Virus record (IMG/VR): IMGVR_UViG_3300037484_000186 | Span: 1 to 46,966 of that record | Strand: one strand, 5' to 3' | DNA from: a virus | Lineage: Duplodnaviria > Caudoviricetes | DNA length: 46,966 nt | Part shown: positions 44,962-46,966 of the stretch, piece by piece | Layout of the letters: each line of letters opens with the position of its first letter | How positions within the stretch are numbered: the first letter of the stretch is position 1 | The notes under the pieces: generated by a model | Database searches by the model: none | Seen by the model: only the letters and a program-made list of their open reading frames with translations | Told to the model about the DNA's origin: nothing | Made by a program: the position numbers and the translations under genes

Positions 44962-45402
44962 ATGAATAAGCAACTCATTGTCGAGCAACTCAAGCTCGAT
45001 GAGGGGTTCTCTGCGGCTTCTTTCTGGGATATCAAACAGTGGACGTGGGGGTATGGGACAAAAGCTCCCGGCCCCTACGTCACTATTACCAGAGAGCAAG
45101 CCGAGGTAGAACTCTCCAAGGCAGTAGACAAGGCTATCAACGGGTATTCCGCAATCTTCTATAACTGTGGTACGCCCATCAATGAAGTGCGGGAACACGC
45201 ACTAGTAAACATGGTTTACAACATGGGTACGATGGGCGTCTACAAATTTGCAAAGATGATTGATGACATCGAAGACGACGACCCGAACGACTGGAAGGAA
45301 GTTGCAAACCGTGCGCGACAGTCGCTCTGGTACAAACAAGTCACCAAACGAGCAGAGCGTATCTGCAAGGAACTGGAGAAAGGGGTAAAGAGTGGCGTAT
45401 AG
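44962..45402 (+). CDS. Lysozyme (GH24/T4-like endolysin)
   Basis: DEGF catalytic Glu, TWGYG, ALVNMVYNMG, SLWYKQV..RA. Confidence 0.88.
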   Translation: MNKQLIVEQLKLDEGFSAASFWDIKQWTWGYGTKAPGPYVTITREQAEVELSKAVDKAINGYSAIFYNCGTPINEVREHALVNMVYNMGTMGVYKFAKMIDDIEDDDPNDWKEVANRARQSLWYKQVTKRAERICKELEKGVKSGV

Positions 45403-46105
45403 ATCAAAAGTCTTCTACACAGGAGACGGGGGTGAACAGAACCTATCCGTCACGTTCCCCTACCTAGACATCTCTCACACCCATGTGCGCTTTGATGATG
45501 TTCTGCAAGAAGACAACACATGGAGCTGGCTTAACGAAGCAACCATCACACTTACCGCCGCGAGCGGCGCTGTGGTCGAGATCTTCCGATCTACCCCCTA
45601 TGAACCGTTGGTCACCTTTACAAACTCCTCGCTTCTTACCGAGGATGACCAAAACACGGCAGCTCTTCAAGCAATATACCTGATTGAAGAACTGTTGGAT
45701 GGGCAGACGATCTTAGAAGCTACGGTGGACAGTTTCAATCTAACTAACAACACCTTTGCTGTCACGTTTGTCATCAATGGTGGGGGTGAAACGATCGGCA
45801 CTGGAGAAAAGGGGCATATTCAGATCCCGTTCCCTTGCACGATACTTGAGGCGCATGCTTATGGGGATCAGTCAGGTAGTATTGTGGTGGATATCTGGAA
45901 GGACACCTATGCCAACTTTCCACCAACCGATGATGACTCTATCACCGCCGCAGCCCCGATCACTATTGTCACAGCTACTAAATCTAAGGACACCACACTT
46001 ACTGGTTGGATAAAGACAATTGCCGCTGGGGATGTCCTTGCTTACAACGTAGACAGTTGCACGACTATCCAGCGGGTGACGATCACCCTCGTGGTGGAGA
46101 AGTAA
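45392..46105 (+). CDS. Short tail fibre/adapter with T7 gp17-type N-terminal anchor
   Basis: YTGDG..VTFPYL..VEIFRSTP..F..SSLLTEDDQN...QAIYLIEE; small C-terminal beta domain. Confidence 0.85.
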   Translation: MAYRSKVFYTGDGGEQNLSVTFPYLDISHTHVRFDDVLQEDNTWSWLNEATITLTAASGAVVEIFRSTPYEPLVTFTNSSLLTEDDQNTAALQAIYLIEELLDGQTILEATVDSFNLTNNTFAVTFVINGGGETIGTGEKGHIQIPFPCTILEAHAYGDQSGSIVVDIWKDTYANFPPTDDDSITAAAPITIVTATKSKDTTLTGWIKTIAAGDVLAYNVDSCTTIQRVTITLVVEK

Positions 46106-46106
46106 G

Positions 46107-46565
46107 ATGGCTGGGCAATACCCTGTCGCCCTAACACCGGGGGTAGGAGGATTCGGTTCCACCAACCAAAGCACGTGGTACAACGGAGGAGGGTGCCAAC
46201 TGAATTTTCCTAGTTTGAATGTTGGCTTATACATATTTGTTTATGATGAAAACGCAAGCGGCATGGTTGGTGACATAGACCCCTCTTACCAAGCAACCTA
46301 TGAACTTCTCTCTACCACTGAAGTGAAGATTAGATTTGCGTGTTTAGCTCGTGGGCTAGGCCTCACTGGAAATTGGTACTGGGGGATATGGTGGAAACAA
46401 CAGGGGCACGAAACCTATACAAGTACACCATACAATGCAGATCGCGCCGGAAGTACTGTGTGGAGGCAGGTTCCAATAGAAATCACTTGTCTCTTGGATA
46501 TATTTACACTTGGCGTGCCTCTTGGTGCGTTCTCTGAATCAACTTACGGAACAATAATCGGATAG
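46107..46565 (+). CDS. Hypothetical tail-associated protein
   Basis: Aromatic/Gly-rich beta-type sequence directly after the tail fibre gene. Confidence 0.6.
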   Translation: MAGQYPVALTPGVGGFGSTNQSTWYNGGGCQLNFPSLNVGLYIFVYDENASGMVGDIDPSYQATYELLSTTEVKIRFACLARGLGLTGNWYWGIWWKQQGHETYTSTPYNADRAGSTVWRQVPIEITCLLDIFTLGVPLGAFSESTYGTIIG

Positions 46566-46577
46566 CAAAGGTGGTTA

Positions 46578-46880
46578 ATGGTGACAAATATGACACACGA
46601 CGAAATAGCGATGGTAGTCACGGACGCTATTCGCGCGGTACTATCAGATCCAGAGCTGCACTGCCGATATAAGTTCAGCCCGGAGAAACACGAGGCCGAA
46701 CACGAAGCCCTACGAAAATTCATCAAGGTGATGGGAAGAATCGACGATATCAAATGGTCGATCTTCCAAAAGGCTGTGGTATGGGCGTTGGGAGCTCTTC
46801 TCGTGTTCGCGGCAATCTCCTTCGCCGCAAAATTCGAGATTCTGAAGGCTCTCGCCTCGATCCCCGCGGTATGGAGATAA
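46578..46880 (+). CDS. Membrane protein (holin/antiholin-like)
   Basis: AAGGTGG SD; helical N-terminus and one C-terminal transmembrane segment. Confidence 0.6.
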   Translation: MVTNMTHDEIAMVVTDAIRAVLSDPELHCRYKFSPEKHEAEHEALRKFIKVMGRIDDIKWSIFQKAVVWALGALLVFAAISFAAKFEILKALASIPAVWR

Positions 46881-46966
46881 TCATGCACAACAAAACGCTC
46901 GACCTCATAATCCGTGTGGATGGAGGGGGGTGGGTCCAGTGGTGGTCGCGGTAGCCCCGGTGGTCA

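Noticed and set aside
1029-45198. Long minus-strand ORFs (e.g. 1029-2021, 14839-15810, 29775-30737, 33020-33832, 40348-41190, 44347-45198)
   Set aside because: They are antisense shadows of well-supported plus-strand genes with no recognisable motifs.

Overview
The window is an apparently complete, circularly permuted ~47 kb genome of a T7-like podovirus (Autographiviridae-type), with essentially all genes on the + strand. The order is: lysis/accessory structural genes, terS and terL (1-4.6 kb); a repeat- and hairpin-rich non-coding block that probably holds the physical genome ends (4.6-5.9 kb); an early region (5.9-12.5 kb); a MarR-like regulator, a tyrosine integrase and an attP copying the 5' half of a tRNA-Cys (12.5-14.2 kb); single-subunit RNA polymerase and replication genes (SSB, endonuclease I, primase-helicase, PolA, exonuclease, class II RNR; 14.4-26.7 kb); and the T7-type morphogenesis module (26.7-46.9 kb). 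The phage is therefore most likely temperate. The most unusual element is at 8.15-11.8 kb: two tandem tRNA-Glu-like RNAs that keep the GluRS identity elements and CCA but lack the features needed for ribosomal use (6-nt anticodon loop, no D-loop GG, no TTC T-loop, mismatched 51:63 EF-Tu determinant). They lie directly upstream of a large multi-zinc-ribbon protein and an M28/M20-like peptidase, which may form a tRNA-dependent glutamylation writer/eraser module or an anti-defence tRNA decoy. All calls come from reading the sequence and recalled family motifs; no searches were run.
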